A stretch of 64,000 nucleotides of DNA from Octopus sinensis (taxonomy: Eukaryota). Shown here piece by piece: positions 1-13,492 of the stretch; position 1 is the stretch's first letter; each line of letters starts with the position of its first letter. Made by a program: the position numbers and the translations under genes. The stretch covers positions 154,488 to 218,487 of the forward strand of contig NW_021835989.1 of assembly GCF_006345805.1 (NCBI RefSeq), given 5' to 3'. The notes below the pieces were generated by a model that ran no database searches, was not told where the DNA came from, and worked only from the letters and a program-made list of their open reading frames with translations.

Positions 1-905
1 AGAATTGTTGGGATGAATGTACGATGGGCTCATAAAGGCGCATTCAAGCATTGACCGAACATATAGAGATATCAATAAAAATGTACGACCATTTGTTTGG
101 GGAGCATTATTTTTATTGGCAGGTGATTTTAATACAACGCTGCAATTATTCAAAAGGGACTCCTGCGGATGAATTGAATGCCTCGCCGCAATCGTCATAT
201 TTGTGGACACACTGAAACAGGTAAGCTTGATGTAAATTACATGCACATTTACAGGCCGTTAATATCATATTCCCACATCCTTCTAGATTTTGGAAATGGG
301 GGCAATCACTTTCAGAAATGCACGACCAGAAAAATTAGGCTACGAAGAATTATGTATTTCGAGAAACAGCAGAAGAATATTGAATTCCGTCTATTCCCAA
401 CTATCTGAACACTACGTGAATTTCGCTGGCTGCGTGAACGAGCTATATTAGCCTCCACTTTGATGAGTACTTAATATAAATTTAGATTTTTTAATCGAAT
501 CCCTGGCAGAGAAGAACAGATATAAATCGTGGTTCGACTTTATATGGACCTGAATTGGCCTGCGATATTTTAAGAGACTACAATTTCCGCTGAGATAAGT
601 TTTGCTATGACAATAAATAGCCCAAGGTGACAGTCTTTTAAGGTATTAGGCTTATTTTTAGAGAGAGTGCTTTTCACATGGCCAGCTGTATTGGGGTGCT
701 CAATGGTAAGGTAGAAGAGAAATTCTTCATATTTTGCCACGGAGGAGTACTGCAAACATCTTTATCCACATTAAATAAGGTTATATCAAAAGTCACATTA
801 TATATCTACATAAATTTATAGTTATTTAGGGAACCTGCGAGCGTACGCGAGCAGGGCCTCCGCATGAGCTAGCCTTCGCAGTGAGCGAAGCGAATGCTGA
901 GCTAG
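1..905 (+). mobile_element. Helitron remnant: degenerate PIF1-type helicase C-terminal half plus 3' terminus
   Basis: Manual translation across frameshifts gives WDECTM-AHK, LLAGDF, TPADELNA, WLRERAILA, LQFPLR-SFAMTIN and FSHGQLY, all Helitron helicase motifs. Hairpin CTTCGC-AGTGA-GCGAAG (874-890) is followed by CTAG (902-905) and then T. Confidence 0.85.
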
Positions 906-1780
906 TACTCAATAAAATGTGACTGTAAAAATTAATATTAAACATTTATTAAAATTTAATCAAATTTTTTGATGGTTTCGGATTTAGACTAAACAAAATA
1001 TCACAAGCGATATCCGCTGAAAAAGTCACTCGTTTTGCGACTGTCGTGACTGATCCTCAATATGATTAAACCATCCTGAATTTAAAATCACTTCGTTTTT
1101 TTACAAAAACTACAAATTTATATAAAATTTGTCAATGAACTTTTAAAAGAAATCAAAACCCAATGTTTACTTTTTACCAAACATAACCCGACGTTTCCCC
1201 AAAATTTAATTTTAAAAACCATCAGATTAAAATTTGCATTGATAACAAAAATTAATCAAATTCATTAAGCTTTTTCATCCTGAAATTTGTACGAAAAAAT
1301 GCTCGGATAATTTCAAATTGATCACGTGACCCATTGTTGAAGAAATCTATCTTTTACGGATTGATTGAATCTGTTTTTTTTAAAAATAAAATTCAAAACC
1401 TTTAAACTTGACCCTGATCGAGGGAGCCGAAACAGGTTTTATCGATAATTCTGCATTGCGGTATAATTAAATTCCTTTCCATTGTTCCTTAGTGGAATTG
1501 ACCTTAATGTACTAAATTTATCTCGAAAAAATAGGAATCAATTAATATCCAAAAATCTGGTCCATTGAATAACGTGACGTTAATTATTAAAAATTCATAT
1601 TAGTTGGGACCCGTCGCGAATTTCCGCCAAAAAAGGCGATGCCGCCCTGTGCGATTTGTTGGAATCTGAAAGACCACCGACTATAATGAGGTCCCTGGTT
1701 TGAGTGTATCGGGATCACGTGAGTCGGGTCTTATTTTTTAGAAATAAATTAAATAAATTAAAAATATAATATTTAATAAA

Positions 1781-2261
1781 ATGTCAGAGTACCCAGGGTA
1801 TGTTGTTGTTCATATTAAAAGTAACCAAGAAAAATCAAAATTCTACGAAATGATAGATCAGCTGATTAAAAGAGGGAATAGAACGTTATGAAGACTCAAT
1901 TCCCAACTGTCTTCTCGAATCGCTTATTGTTTGCCTCCCCACTTAATCCATAGCCTACACCTGTAATTTCTCGAAGAGGCTCGTGCTGTGTCCCACTATG
2001 CTGGGAAGAAGTGCATTGATGTGGAAGATGTACGATTGGGGATCACTCTGAAGAAGGAGGCTGCAGGGAAGGATGTCCCCAGTCGGGAGGTCAGGACTAT
2101 ATTCTACTAAAACATAGTCACTGGATGAATTGGCTCGCCGAGTCAATTCTGTCCCCTTACCTCCAATCAGGAGTAATTCGACTCTTCCTCCTGATAAACT
2201 GTGCGTTGTGGCTGTCAATTATAAATTGACTGGCGATTCCAATAATCAGACTTTTTTGTAG
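1781..2261 (+). CDS. TAF9: TFIID subunit 9 (histone-fold), micro-introns, probable consensus indels
   Basis: Spliced reading GIERYEDSIPNCLLE...LEEARAVSHYAGKKCIDVEDVRLGI...SRE|SLDELARRVNSVPLPPIR...LPPDKLCVVAVNYKL matches TAF9. GT-AG intron 2090-2117 (28 nt). Confidence 0.9.
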
Positions 2262-2373
2262 ATCTTTATTATTTTGTTTCATAAATATCTCACCATATTT
2301 TTCAAAATTGGATTTTTTCTTTAAAAATGATGTTATGGACTACACAACTAAGACATAATAAAAGCCAATTAAA

Positions 2374-3458
2374 TTAAATGATGGTTTTGACTCTCTTGGC
2401 CTCTGAATTCCAATAACTGGCTCGAATACGGTCATTCAAAGCCAATTTCATGTATAACTACAAAATAACACGTCCATTCGTCACCTCCACTGCCTCATCC
2501 ACATTTTTCTGAGGGTCAATCCCTGCAATAGCCAATTCCTCAGCACAGTCAGCCAGACATGACCACAAAAAAAGCACGTCCCGATATCTAGTCCTCTAAG
2601 GGTCTCAACTAGTCTTAAATTGTGAGAATATCCTCCAATCAGTTTTACAATTCTAAAAACATAAATCAAATAAATAACCCGGTCAAATAATCCACGGACT
2701 TTCATTGTCAGGAATAATCCCAATATATTTTAGACAAAACTAAAAGTATTACAAAATAATAATTCAACTCAATTTCCGACTCAGTTTTGGCGGGAAATTG
2801 AATAGTTTTGGCGGGAAAAATAGTTGAAATCTATGATTCCAAGCGGAATTATTGTGTGGGTCAGATTCGATCATTTGTTGGTAAATTGGACTTCTTTGAT
2901 GTTATCCGCGGACATTAAATCATTTCGTTTAAGCAGCCACAAACTATCAATTCATAAAAACACAAAACCCGTATTGCCATGCATGTAGATTTCTCGAATC
3001 TTTTGAAAATACAATTTCGCAAATTCAAGTTCCCGCAAAATATTGAATCGTCCGTTGGACAAGCCATTGCTGTGGTACCAGCTTGGTAGTTTTTGTATTT
3101 CCTGGGAGCATAACAGAAGTTACAAATCTCTTTCTACAAGCAGATCTGATTTTAGTGCAATTAATACTCTTCTACGATAATTCCTGTGGATTTTATAATC
3201 TGGTTGTACCAGGCTGTGTAATTGGCGATATTCAGGCAGAGGAGATCCCCTGTGAGTTCTAAGGCTCTCGAGCTCATTTCGCCTTGAGTGAGATGGCTCG
3301 GAATAGCCCATTAGATCACGAACTGGGGTACATTTAGGTAATAAAACATTCAGGAGTGAAGTCTATTTGAAGAAAGTCAGTGTCTTTGGGTAGGGGATGG
3401 GTTCTATGTCATCCCACTCGGGTCTTTTATTGTAAAAAATGTATTCGTCGTTGGTCAT
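2374..3458 (-). CDS. FNTA: Protein farnesyltransferase/geranylgeranyltransferase-I alpha subunit, multi-exon
   Basis: Minus-strand pieces YNKRPEWDDIEPIP, RALELTGDLLCLNIANYTAW, KNYQ, DSRNLHAWQY, DPHNNSAWNHRF, IIPDNESPW and RIRASYW are PPTA-repeat motifs in FNTA order, separated by ~25-30-nt introns. Confidence 0.9.
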
Positions 3459-3602
3459 GCCACCTCAGATTGATAAATTTACTTTTGAATTAAATAAAAA
3501 TTATGTCTCATATAATAAGTTAATTATTCATTATTTCTTTAATACGACGGGCCCTCGAGGGGGGTGGGATTTATTTCAGCTTACCTTTTATGAAACAATT
3601 TT

Positions 3603-3803
3603 TTATTTAAAAATAATGGCATTACCGTCTTGCCTATTTCTTTCTGGGGACAACACGATGCCGGTGCGGGGGAATGGGATTTCCATCACAACGCATTTCA
3701 TTGTGTTAGAGATTAACCGCCTCTCTGCACACCAAATTACACACTCTTCTATATTATCGCCAAAGAGCCTGTTTAGAGACAATAATCGGTTATATTCCTG
3801 CAT
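3603..3803 (-). mobile_element. Possible Merlin (IS1595/ISXO2-like) transposase N-terminal fragment
   Basis: EECVIWCAERRLISNTMKC...RQDG loosely resembles Merlin transposase N-termini. No catalytic core or TIRs found. Confidence 0.3.
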
Positions 3804-3929
3804 TATTTGCTCATCAGACTTGATTGCAGCCGCATCAACAATCCCATTTAAAATTAAACAATCCCATTAAAATTAAATTAAAAAATAATGAAAAAATAAT
3901 TCAAGTCTATTGTTTATACGTCGAGATTT

Positions 3930-5393
3930 ATACATTATACAAAGTAAACATTCAACTCTTTTCACTGAAAAAGAAGTATTGGAATCCCTACACCAAACAA
4001 AAGTAACATATTCACATGGTCCCGACAGCATTCCTATAATTCTCCTGAAAAACATAGGCAATGAGGGAATCAGTGTTCTCACAAAAATCTTCAATTGGTC
4101 GATTAACTACAACTCAATCCCAACGATTTGGAAATTGGCGAACATCCGCCCAATTTTGAAGGGTGGAAAACCAAAACAAGACCCGGCCTCCTTCAGGCCA
4201 ATTTCCCTATTATGTTCCATGTCAAAAACTCTGGAAAAACTCATCCTCACAAAAATCATTAACAGCATTCCCAACAAGGCTTGCTAACATGGATTCAAAA
4301 AAGATTGTTCCACTGCAAGCTTCCTTAGCTCCTTGACTAACTTTATCCGTTCTGGCATTTCGTGCAAGCCAAGACATCAGAAAACTGTACTTTGTTCGCT
4401 GGATATCCACAAAGCCTTCGACGCTGTGCCTAGAAAAAACCTAGCATGGAAAATCTACCAATCAAACATCCCTGAAGACCTCAAGCTCTGGTTTACTAAC
4501 TTCCTCAGCGGTCGAAGAGGAAGAGTATGCTTTGGAAACATTCGTTTCATTTCCCGTCTATTCCCAAATGGTGTACCCCAGGGCTCACCATTATCACCTT
4601 TCCTATTCACTTTGTTTACGGCCGATATTCCGACGCCTAATGGCGATGACGATCTGCTTCTGGCCTATGCAGATGACATTGTATTGGCATCACGGGACCA
4701 GAACATCCAAACAGCAAAAGGAATTACAACAAAACCTGGATCACCTAGTTGAGTGGTTTAACGTAAACCGGATGTCGATCAACACAGAAAAATCTCTGTC
4801 ACAACTCTCTACTCCTCAGCCAAAAGACTATCGAAAACTTCAATCGAAGTTGTTGTGGAGGGAAGAGTATTACCTTTCAGCAAATGGCAAAAGATATTGC
4901 GATTAACTTATGGCACACACATGAACTTCTCTAAACATGTCACAAATGTGCTGAACAAATGTGAAAAGAAAATCAACCTCCTGAAATGCCTAACTGGTTT
5001 ATGGAAAATGGGAAATCACCCTATACTTAAAACACTCTACTCACAGTATATCGAACCATGTATCTCATATGTTTGTGCCTCATGGGGGCCACTGATTTCG
5101 AATACAAACATCCGTAAAATCTCCGCAACCCAGAAAAGAGCTTTCACACTTACCGAAAGGTGGTATACAGGTGAAGCTATCAAACCACCAATCTCTTTCG
5201 GAACTCTCATTGAGAAGAATACAAAAGGGCATCAATGGTATAAAGAAACGATCCGCCCTCAACGATCTTGTGTGGGCTCAAGAGAGCAGCACAGAGCGAA
5301 ACTGAGAGCAATGATCAAATTCGTCGGGATCACCTAGTTAGTTTTTTCTTTTGGTTAACGGTGGTCTTTGGAATAAATTTTGATTTGATTTGA
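3930..5393 (+). mobile_element. 5'-truncated Jockey/I-group LINE, reverse transcriptase region
   Basis: GPDSIP, WKLANIRPILKGGK, FRPISLL, LDIHKAFDAV, GVPQGSPLSP and AYADD over several frames. AATAAA (5372) followed by a (TTTGA)3 tail. Confidence 0.9.
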
Positions 5394-7894
5394 CTAAAAT
5401 TGTAGATTACCATGTGAAAGTGATTGTCTTGGCTAATACCTAGTAAAAGGAATCAAATTCGTCAGATTTCTTGGCAATCCTGCCTCTTGATTTTTAGTAA
5501 ACGATGTTTGATTTTTAGTAAAAACTGATCGGCAATTAAATAAAACAACTATAAATTAACCTCGGGGTTAATTTGCGTAAATAAGTCCAGTTGTCATAAA
5601 TATTTTATTTCAAAAAAACTGAGTCGAGCTTTTATTTATAGAAAAAATTAGAATTATAAATTTACTTTTATAGGATAATTACGTCATGATTTGAGGAAAT
5701 ACCTTTCTCTTCAACGGTTGACCATTTCGTTAAGCATATTGGGGCAATCTACAATTTCCATGATAGCCTACTTGAACGAATGGATATCCATTAATTAAAA
5801 ATGATTTTGGAGTACTCTAGTCATGTTTTTGATAAAAGGAGACTATAATTGAGGCGGTGCCCCATCCGGATTGTCTGATTCTATGAACAAAACCATAATA
5901 TTCTGTTTTGTTCAAAAAATTTTTAATCTATAAAGTGTTGTTTTGAATCCATTAATTAGGTTCTTAACTGTAAAATATCTGATCTACAAATCATTTTCTA
6001 CTCATTGATTATTTGACTACGACAAAATTTAATCTTCCTAAGATATGCAGCATGTGGGCTAAACAAAAAAAACAACCCATATGCAAACAATCACAGAATT
6101 CGGGCAGAGTGAATATGCAAAAAAGATACTGTAGTAAATTAAAAAATTACTTCGTAACTTGCAGATTGCGTCTTATCTACATTCCATTAAAGCTGTATTT
6201 GTTGTTGGAAAATTAGATGTTTAATATACTAACATTTTTAACACGTCTCTCAAAAAGAATGATTTTTGAAAAAGAAAAATTTATTTAACAGTTTGAATTA
6301 TCTAAAACCTACTTTTTTTCTCTATAAAAATTCAAAACTCAAGACTGTTCATTTATAAATAATTCATGTTAAGCTGAAATCAACTTTTAGATCAATTAAG
6401 AGAATTTTCTTTTAATTTTTAATTGGTTTATTTTTAATGGGTATCTAAAGTCTAACTGCGTTTGAACCCCAGATAGAACAAGTAATGTATTTTTATGAAA
6501 TAGGCATGCCACGATGCACTGAAAATACTATCAAACCAGGGGGGGAAATGAAAAAGATTAAAAATGATGAAAACTACATAGAGAGTGGTAATTCTGTTTT
6601 CCAAATAAAAGATTTTAACACAAATTCAGCACGCCCCACAGTGCCGCTATACGACGAGGTAATACGAGAATATATAAAGTTGTTTATAATAATTGGGATA
6701 ACTATGAAGTTGAAAATGAGGAGTGGAATTTGTCAAAAAACATTTTTCATTATCAAACAAATTATAAAAACATTCTTTTGTCATTTAAATGATTAGGATT
6801 TAGAGTTAATCCATTCTTAGGGAATAAAATTACGGTTAAAGCTTGGGTTAGGATTAATGCGTCCTATAAATTTCTAGAATTAAAGAATTTTTATCCCAGA
6901 AACAAATTTGTGCTCCTAGGGTTAATAGATCTTCATTTGATTTTTTTTAAGTAGATACAAGCCTGCTTAATGGATTCAACATGAGTATAAATACCTGAAA
7001 TTGCAGTAAATTACATTGGAGTATACCACGTTCAATGTTCTTTACACTTAGTTATTTTTTAGCAACCTTAATGAACTCTCAAGTTGAGAATTATTAACAT
7101 TATGTCGTGAGGAGCGTCAAATTCAGATGCAACATAAGAGGGAGTTGTAGCCAAACTCGTATGTCCGTAGGCCGCAGCGGCATTGGTCTTTAGTCAAGAC
7201 TGGTATATCAAGGCGCCGGGACCCTCCGATTTTCTTTGATTTGTCGTCTAGAAATTAGCCACTTGTCTCAAAGTGTTGGAATTACCAAAAACCGCTCAGA
7301 TTTATTCATAACCAGACAAGTTTACCTTGGTCCATACGTTCTTGAATTTTTTGTATGTTTTGGCGTAGATTGGTGATGTCCATTAGATAGGCCAGTTGTA
7401 TTAAATGGAATTTTTTGTTACGTAATTTGCCCTAAAATATATACATAAACCACACAACCTAATTTGAAGGTCACTGGGATTTCATACAAGAATAGTCTCT
7501 AAACCTGGCTATAGTCAATCCACTAATAACAAATTTATCAAACAAATCCAAATTAGCAAATCCATTCGAGTGAAAAAAATATCTTATCATGAGAATTTTG
7601 GTTCCAACTTCCTTCTCTTTGCTATTGATCCGCCTCCTTCCGCCAGATTCATGGGCCGGAATACAGCGTCTCTATCTTTGACAGGTTCCTCTAGTGTCTC
7701 GTGGTGGATGTTTCCTTTATTTGGTCGTTAATTGATCGCATGCTTCGCCGTTGTAGGCAAGAGTTTGTACTCCGGGCGCATGCTCTCCAGTGTTTTTTTG
7801 ATTACGATTGTCTGGACATATGGACGCGTAGAGTCATTGACTTGTAGGGAGTTTTGGTAGAGCTAATCCACTAATAAATAATAATATTTAGTTA

Positions 7895-8130
7895 GTTAAG
7901 CGCTCTTTCTTGTAGCCCACAAAGAGTTTCGCTTGAGCCATGCATTTCGGCCATCTTCTCTGCCATCTTTGCCTACGCTGCCTTGTTTTTAGCCCTTATT
8001 CGGACAGCGTCCAAATCTTCTTTTGTCAGCAATTTTCTTCCGATTTTTGCGTAGTCTATTTTTAAACAAGTTGCGAGTATTGTTTTTTTGTCTTTTCGGA
8101 ATTTATTACTTCCAGTGTGAAAATAATTTT
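7895..8130 (-). mobile_element. RTE-like LINE 3'-end fragment
   Basis: Minus-strand reading LATCLKIDYAKIGRKLLTKEDLDAVRIRAKNKAA resembles the C-terminus of the RTE fragment at 14484 (VLNKDLNKIGKKLKCGKDLEEQRTDAKNK). Confidence 0.45.
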
Positions 8131-9096
8131 TCATTATTTGTTCTCGAAATTGTGAATGACCGGAATAAGTGGAGAAAATTGGCTTATGAGACCTCCAAGG
8201 ATCGGATAAGACTTAATTAGATAACTTAGCCCTATGATTTTTCTGATTCAGATGTTGTAAATTTATTTAAGATATGTAGCCAGCATTTTTCTTAAAAAAT
8301 GCCCATAGCATCACGCAATAATAAGCCAAGTTTTTTCAATAGCAGTTACAAAAATCAATTTGATTATCAATAAAAACATTTTAAGAAACACAACAATACA
8401 TATTATATTCTCGATAAACCACAATTCAGAATGATAATGTATTCACATTTAATTAAATCAACTAAACAAATTTTTTTGAACCAAACTGTAGGTAACCAGA
8501 AAAAGACGAATTCGCTATTTAAACTGAAATGATTCCATTTTCAATTAATTCTGCAAATAAACATTAAACTACATCTCCAACTAGATTAAAGTTTACAGAG
8601 CTTCAAGAGTTTACAGAGCTTGTTAGTAATTAAAAAAATCAACTCTATTATATCTTTGAAGCCTTTTTGTCAACTGCGTGTACTAAAAATACCTGATACG
8701 GGATCAGACCGCAGACATTTATTATCTCTAAAAGTAATCTTTAAGATATGAACTAATAAGAATTAAGCTATTCGTAAAAAATGACTTTTACAATACAGAC
8801 TATCATTCTGTAATGGTGAATCCAATGTTATATTTAAAGAATAAAAATATGTCCTTATTGATGAATTCTTTAAATTTTTATTCTCAGATTTTTGGTCATA
8901 TAAACTAGTTTTTGTTATATTCGTTAAAAATTAATTCTGATTATTTCAAGGCAGTTAACCAATTTATATTCTTTGTTTTCAAACATTCCTGGCAATTAAT
9001 TACTGAAGAGAAATCCCGTTATTCGTTACTATTCGATATCTGTTAAGACTTCCTTAATTAGCGAATTATTCTAATTAAATTTAGTTGACACAATTA

Positions 9097-9380
9097 TTAT
9101 ATTTTATATAAAAGAAAAGCAAGTCTCCCGTAATAAAAATAAATAAAATGATTCTTACAATGAGTTACATAACTCCCAAATTCCTGCCCCACCACACATT
9201 GCCAATCGGACTGTGCAGGAGATCAAACTCATTTTTAATAAACATAGCAATGTCCCTCTCCGAATCACTCTGCTCTAATGCTCTCTGGCACATTCGATAG
9301 CTTTTGTTGAAGGGATTCCGACAATCTACAAGTCTTACTACAGGATGTCTATCTTCCAATACATTGTAGGAATTGGCCAT
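9097..9380 (-). CDS. Dynein light chain (LC8/DYNLL family), 1-nt frameshifts likely consensus errors
   Basis: [26 protein letters not shown] then, after a frameshift, [35 protein letters not shown]-stop. This is the LC8 signature. Confidence 0.85.
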
Positions 9381-10843
9381 AATTGCGATATTATTAATTT
9401 ATGCTAATTCTTAACGCAATTATATTCATCAAAAATATTCTTTTATATCACATAAATCGTATTGGTCTTAAATATTTTTATTATTATATTAATACTATTA
9501 AAGAGTAAAGTATTAACTATATTTTCCGATCAATCAAATGTGTATCAATAATTGCTAAATTATATTGTTTAAATATATTTGATAACTCAGTGAAATATGA
9601 CTGTCTCGTATTTTACGTGTGTGCCTTTAAATAGATTAATCATAACTTCCATTATATTAATATTATTTTATACTTCAGCAGAAATATTTGAATAAACACA
9701 AAAATAATATTCGAAGTAAACGATTACTTATTTCATTCGATTTTTAAAAAATCCGATAAAAAAATAAAATGTGCATATTGTTTTTGATATCAGAAAAAAT
9801 TTTGTAAAATTCATATCATTTAAATATTGTATTCTGCTAGATAATTTTTAAATTAATAATAAAATCTTTAAATTGACTAAGCAATTTAAAAGAATTTCTA
9901 GCTGACAAAGACAATTTGAATAATAGGTTGTTTGCTACCTATAACTTGTCATAAAAATCAATAAATTAAAAAATAAATTCTAGTCGAGATAGTACTTAAA
10001 GAATATCATTTAGGTATAATATTATTTTAACCTATTTAATTACTATTGTAAATAAAAAAATTTCTGTAAATGTAAAAGTTGCTAAAAATCGGCTTATTTT
10101 TGTATTGAAATACACAAAAATATATTGTTTTACTAAAATTATCTTTTGATTGATAATTAGATAAATTTTAATTTTTATATTGATTTTAATATTGTGGAAT
10201 AGGTTACTTTGCGCTTTAATTAAATGATTTAATATAAAAATGATCCACGAATCAATCAATTTCCTTAATTTCATGTAATTAAAACTACATGAAAAACGTT
10301 TGATTCTAAAGTGATGGAATCTATTTAAAATTTCTGCATAAATAGTTTCGATCCCAACACAATTTTGACAATTTGTACGGTCAACCGAAATTGGTGGTTA
10401 TTTAAACTTGTCGCAGATAATTTAAATCACAAAATAGTCACATAAATACCAAAAAATGGCAGCTCTGCATACCAGCATCCAAAGCCACAGCGCTCAAGCG
10501 CATATAATCGTGAAATATTGATTTAACGGCGAATACGCTACTTTCTCGTTGATATATGAATACATTATATTACAGAGATACATACGCTGTTTGGTAGTTT
10601 GTTTATCCTTGATGTATGTACACTATGCGTTATTGGTTTATGTTAGTTTGTCTACGCGGATGCATTGTGTTTGAGTAAAGGATTATATTTGCTATATATG
10701 ACGATATGTTGTATTAGTATATAATGGCTACGCTTTGGTGCTGGCAAATGAACAGTAATTAGGTTGAGTAATTCAGGAATGATATTGTATTTACGGATTA
10801 AACACTAATTAATGAATATTCTCATTCTTTTTAGGTATACAAC

Positions 10844-13492
10844 ATGGACAATCACAACTCCAAGAGAAATAAAGATTCTAAATGTCACTCAAATTGTGAT
10901 TCAGAAAACCAAGTAACCTAAAACCAATCGCTCTAATTCCAATTTTATCACCGAGATAAACCTGATTCTATGGACGAATCTCCTGTAGCTCCTAATGAAA
11001 ATCAAAAAACACAAAAAAATTCGAAATTTAGTGTCACTGATCTTGTCAATGAATCTGAACAAATTTTCCACAATTTTTCATTGTCAAAGATCATAAAATT
11101 ATATCTTAAAGACAAAACTGTTCTTAATGATATTTCCTCCTATGTGACAAAGCTCGAACAAAGTCAAATTAATCACGTGCTTACCGAAATGAAGCCTTTG
11201 AAGTTGCCGCCTGATACTTCCTTCAAAGATTTAGAAAATAAAAAAGAATTTAACTCTCTCGAGTATTCTCCGAATGCATTTCCTCATATTGCTTATGCTC
11301 TGGAATGCCCTCTGATAAACGGGGACCAGATTTATGAGTATCAAGTCGAAACCAATGCCGTCTGGTTCATCAGAGTTCTCGAAATAGAATATCCGCTAAT
11401 CAAAGCTCAGTTTTTAGGGGACAAAGAAACTTTTTCCATTAAAATTGACTCACCGAAAATCAAACAACTTTACCACGGAGGAGAAAACGGCCTACTTTAT
11501 CGATATCCTCCGTTCATGGATGGCAAAAACATGCAAGAAGAGATTGCACAGACTTTGACGGATTGTTATTCGTTTAAAGATGAATTCCTTATAAAAGTAT
11601 TTCTCTCGCATTATTCTTAGAAAAATATATTTACATGGAGCTCTCAGGGTCTTGTGGGAAGATACATGGAGGTGAAGCACAGGAGAAGACACTTGTCTAT
11701 GGTTTGGTTCGCACAGATCATAAAAAACGTTGGAGGATATTTATTGCTGAGATGGATATGCCCGAATAAAAAATTCCGTGAATTTTGGATTTTTTGCACT
11801 TCGCATAGACTTTGCCCTGTTGGGTATGGTGCACAGAATAATGTTGAATATGGATTCCCCAAAATGGAAGGTATGTTGACTGAATACTTATTTTTGGAGG
11901 ATTCAAAACGTTTGAGATATCTTTGGGGTTTATATTTGTGTGTTTTTTATTTTTGAATACAGAAGTGCTTTCTGTGCCAGCATTTCTATTTGAGGTAGCC
12001 TAAAATTTCTAACTTGGTTTAGATTCCCTTTGAAGTAACCGTTCATAAACTAAAAGTTGGAATGGCAGTCGAGGCTTTGGATTTGAAGACCAGACAGATT
12101 CTCTTTCCAGCAAAAATTAGCGAAATAATCGACCACACGTGCATTAAAATCGATTCAATCGAATCTGGTACAAAAATTGAATCTTTTTATTCTCTTTCTG
12201 ATGGAATCTTTCCTGTTGAGTTTTCTGTAGACCACAAACTGCCTCTTACGTTTTCTGATGGTTGTGCTTGGTGGTCTCATGTTAAAGGACCAGAAAACTT
12301 TTCAGTGGAGTAAATATACAGGGATTGGAAAGGGACTTGAAAGAGCTCCAAAATCGATTACAAGAACAAAAATAATTAAAAAAAACTATTTCTTTCAGTT
12401 CAAGAAAAAGCCTGGATTCGAACCCGGGATGAAGCTTCAAGTGATTAATCCTACGAATAATCAAATTGTCTGCCCAGCAACGATCCTCAAAGTTGCTGGA
12501 CATTTGATTTTTGTCAAAATAAACGAGGAATCGCCCTTGATGTATTCAGTCTACAGTCCTCAAGTCCTCCCCTTTGGGTGGGCTGAATCAAACGGTTATC
12601 CACTCAGTCAGCCACAATTGCCATCCTTATGTGAACAAGATAGAAGTATACTGTTGAAAGCCCTTTTATCAAATATGTTGGACGACCACGTGGAAATTAG
12701 GAGAATTGATGACCTTTGGAGTCCTGAGATCTTCATTAATGCTCATTGCTACTCAGGGAAGTACCTTTATGTGTCAGAAATACTTCGAATTCCCAAAATA
12801 ATTGGACCTGGGCCAATTTGTTTGGTCCTTAAGTCACTATATGAGTATATTCTTAAATGTACATCAAATTTTAAACGTCTGAACGGAATTTTAAGTGTTT
12901 TCGGAGATTTAACCAGTTCAATACAGATATCCGTAAAAAAGTATTTTTGAATTTATGTACTTAATAAACAGTAAATTCGACAGTTTTCACAAGTTTGAGG
13001 TCTGTGATTCTGCGGGACAACTGAGTCACTTTCTACTCAAATTGTGTCTAAAGTTAAAAGTTTGTCCGAATTTAATATCCCTCGTCGATTTATCAGGAAA
13101 ACCTTGTTTACTATGTAAATTTAAATAAATTAAATTAACAAGGCAACCCCAAAATTACAAAATCCAAGAAACGCAAAAAAGATTTCTCAATTCCTGAGAT
13201 CTGCTCCAAGCCTAAGAGAAAAATCGAATGTAGTCAAACTCTGCCACTTTCTGAGGAAAATAAAAATTCCCTACTAAAAGACCCACGGGACTGGACCTGT
13301 GAGAATTTGATAAAGTACATCGAGTCTACGAAATGCCGGAATGTGGCTCCCGTGCTGAGATACCAGAATTTTGACGGACAGTCGTTTCTCTTATTGAACA
13401 AACGAACGTTGAAGGATTCCCTGTGTCTCAAAGACACAATTTCGGACGCCCTTCTGAAGATCATCAACGAACTGAGAAACTCCTACTATTAA
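10844..13492 (+). CDS. SFMBT-like Polycomb protein (MBT repeats, SLED-like region, C-terminal SAM domain)
   Basis: MBT-like repeats (LVGRYMEV...VWFAQIIKNVGGYLLLRW, LKVGMAVEALD...FPAKISEI, FEPGMKLQVIN...CPATILKV...PFGWAESNG). WSPEIFINAHCYSGKYL...PKIIGPGP is SLED-like; LRYQNFDGQSFLLL is SAM-like. The 5' start is approximate. Confidence 0.8.

Noticed and set aside
3549-3566. GGGCCCTCGAGGGGGG resembling a cloning-vector polylinker
   Set aside because: Only a short match with no flanking vector sequence.
6795-6860. TTAGG/TTAGGG-like words suggesting interstitial telomeric repeats
   Set aside because: Scattered and degenerate; not a tandem array.
7100-7870. Higher-GC stretch possibly encoding a LINE C-terminus or RNase H on the minus strand
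   Set aside because: Stop-riddled in all frames and no convincing catalytic motif.
10826-10846. Acceptor-like TTTTTAG just before the SFMBT-like ATG as evidence of trans-splicing
   Set aside because: Not consistent upstream of other genes; could be an ordinary 5' UTR intron.
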